From Gammaproteobacteria bacterium (GTDB lineage Bacteria > Pseudomonadota > Gammaproteobacteria > JAJFKG01), in assembly GCA_965116795.1 (NCBI GenBank), contig OZ220716.1:256001-320000 (forward strand): a stretch of 64,000 nt of DNA, given 5' to 3'. How positions within the stretch are numbered: position 1 is the first letter of the stretch; each line of letters begins with the position of its first letter. This document shows positions 63,675 through 64,000 of the stretch, piece by piece. The translations under genes and the position numbers were made by a program. The notes under the pieces are model-generated. The model had not been told where the DNA came from. It saw only the letters and a list, made by a program, of their open reading frames with translations, and searched no databases.

Positions 63675-64000
63675 ATGGGATACGCATTACACAGCACCAC
63701 AATCATACGTTGTTACTCATATGTGAGCGCAAGCAGCCAACCCGTTCCGTTAACCATCTTTCCAACGCCCAAGGGGGCGAGTTGGCAAGACATTACCATT
63801 CAATTCATTGATGGACACACTGTGCGGGTGACTTGTCAACACGATGACATCACTGTCTCTCGGGTATACAACTTTACCCAGATGGGTATGGTGGATAGAC
63901 GAACGGGTTCACCGAATCGACAGTGGGTATTGTTAGCTGGCTTTGCAGAAGAAGGTGGGCGCTTTACGTGGCATAACTCCCGTGCCAATACCAGACAAAA
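63675..64000 (+). CDS. Hypothetical protein, runs off window end
   Basis: Absent from ORF track; open frame ...FPTPKGASWQDITIQFIDGHTV...FTQMGMVDRRTGSPNRQWVLL...; start uncertain. Confidence 0.55.
   Translation, partial: MGYALHSTTIIRCYSYVSASSQPVPLTIFPTPKGASWQDITIQFIDGHTVRVTCQHDDITVSRVYNFTQMGMVDRRTGSPNRQWVLLAGFAEEGGRFTWHNSRANTRQ

Larger units (their letters stand above)
58489..64000 (-). mobile_element. Integrated phage-like element, left end, continues past window
   Basis: tRNA-adjacent integrase, excisionase-like ORF and phage-type genes all on the minus strand. Confidence 0.85.

Overview
Chromosomal window of an AT-rich Coxiella/Legionella-like gammaproteobacterium (Legionellales inferred from Dot/Icm genes, an LbtU-like porin, a Pht-like MFS, an LssY-like fusion and no ispE after lolB). 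It contains: (i) the 5' part of purL and housekeeping genes; (ii) half of a Dot/Icm type IVB secretion locus (icmQ-icmS-icmT divergent from dotD-dotC-dotB; dotA-icmV divergent from icmW-orf-icmX) next to hldDE; (iii) core blocks: hemJ/hemL, dksA, prmC-prfA-hemA, lolB-tRNA-Gln-prs-rplY-pth-ychF-tRNA-Met, nadD-rsfS-[IS982]-rlmH-rlpA-dacA-dat-ybeD-lipB-lipA and rpsU-yqeY-dnaG-rpoD; (iv) a small metabolic islet after tRNA-Met; (v) the left end of a phage-like element integrated at tRNA-Ile2. Intergenic DNA is rich in palindromic MITE-like repeats (ERIC-like, RPE-like). Strongest observations: a 22-23 bp CTTG+hairpin micro-element that appears inserted, without target duplication, into two unrelated repeat families and into itself, with compensatory stem changes; a shared SAG/TGA hairpin core across repeat families; IcmQ with a possible fused IcmR; DotA with a long acidic insertion; DksA fused to a histone H1-like domain; and a PEAMT-like methyltransferase. 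All homology calls are from motif recognition and memory; no searches were run.
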